Positions 63,425-64,000 of a stretch of 64,000 nucleotides of DNA are shown here, one piece after another. The stretch comes from Octopus sinensis (lineage: Eukaryota). Location: assembly GCF_006345805.1 (NCBI RefSeq), contig NC_043012.1:55490001-55554000 (forward strand), written 5' to 3'. The notes below the pieces were generated by a model. That model did no database searches. It saw only the letters and a program-made list of their open reading frames with translations, and was not told the DNA's origin. The translations under genes were made by a program, and so were the position numbers. The first letter of the stretch is position 1, and each line of letters opens with the position of its first letter.

Positions 63425-63871
63425 ATGTATGTATGTATGTATGTATGTATGTATGTATGTATGTATGTATGTATGTATGTATGTATGTATGTATGTATGT
63501 ATGTATGTACGTACGTACGTACGTACGTACGTACGTACGTACGTACGTACGTATGTATGTATGTATATACGTATGTATGTATATACGTATGTATGTATGT
63601 ATGTATGAATGTACGTACGTATGTATGTAGGTATGTATGTATGTATGTATGTATGTATGTATGTATGTATGTACGTACGTACGTACGTACGTACGTATGT
63701 ATGTATGTATGTATATACGTATGTATGTATGTACGTACGTATGTATGTATGTACGTATGTATGTACGTATGTATGTATGTATGTATGTATGTATGTATGT
63801 ATGTATGTACGTATGTATGTATGTATGTATGTATGTATGTATGTATGTATGTATGTATGTATGTATGTATG
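63425..63871. repeat. (TATG)n microsatellite with (TACG)n blocks
   Basis: Directly visible, about 447 bp. Confidence 0.97.
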
Positions 63872-64000
63872 CCATTATCCAGTTTTATTTCAAGATTTCT
63901 TGCCAATAGAGAAAGAGCCGGTTTCTAACCTAGATCCAATGTTCCTTTATTGGAATTTTAACATCAACAAGGTATGTAAGGCGGCGAGCTGGCAGAATCG

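Noticed and set aside
63376-63928. Long ORFs on both strands (YVCM/HTYI repeats); similar ones at 6139-6595, 18774-19168, 48413-48784 and 61126-61470
   Set aside because: These are translations of TATG, TG and TA microsatellites that happen to lack stops.

Overview
AT-rich, repeat-dense animal genomic DNA. The SINE families, RTE/Tx1 LINEs and microsatellite load suggest an octopus or other coleoid cephalopod (inferred, not verified). The window is almost entirely one minus-strand gene. I reconstructed ten coding exons by hand (46590-46386, 42627-40784, 38468-38402, 36318-36150, 34457-34331, 26794-26601, 17990-17727, 13579-13349, 10122-9906, 4088-3330). All nine junctions are GT-AG and phase-consistent, giving 4077 nt (1358 aa plus stop). 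Two exons (13579-13349, 38468-38402) are missing from the supplied ORF track. The predicted protein joins a complete SAMD3-like protein (N-terminal SAM-like domain plus the conserved SAMD3-type body) to a polyQ tract, a basic aromatic helix and a divergent BTB/POZ domain. This fusion is the most interesting item. The introns hold a young 5'-truncated Tx1-clade LINE whose 3' tail resembles that of an abundant SINE family, RTE fragments, several Tc1/mariner-group relics, a Merlin relic and Merlin-type MITEs, hAT, piggyBac-type and pogo-type MITEs, non-autonomous Helitrons, a 218-bp palindrome, two degenerate minimal hammerhead motifs and several tandem arrays. No tRNA, rRNA or CRISPR was found. 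SINE and relic boundaries are approximate; exon, TSD and palindrome coordinates were counted by hand.
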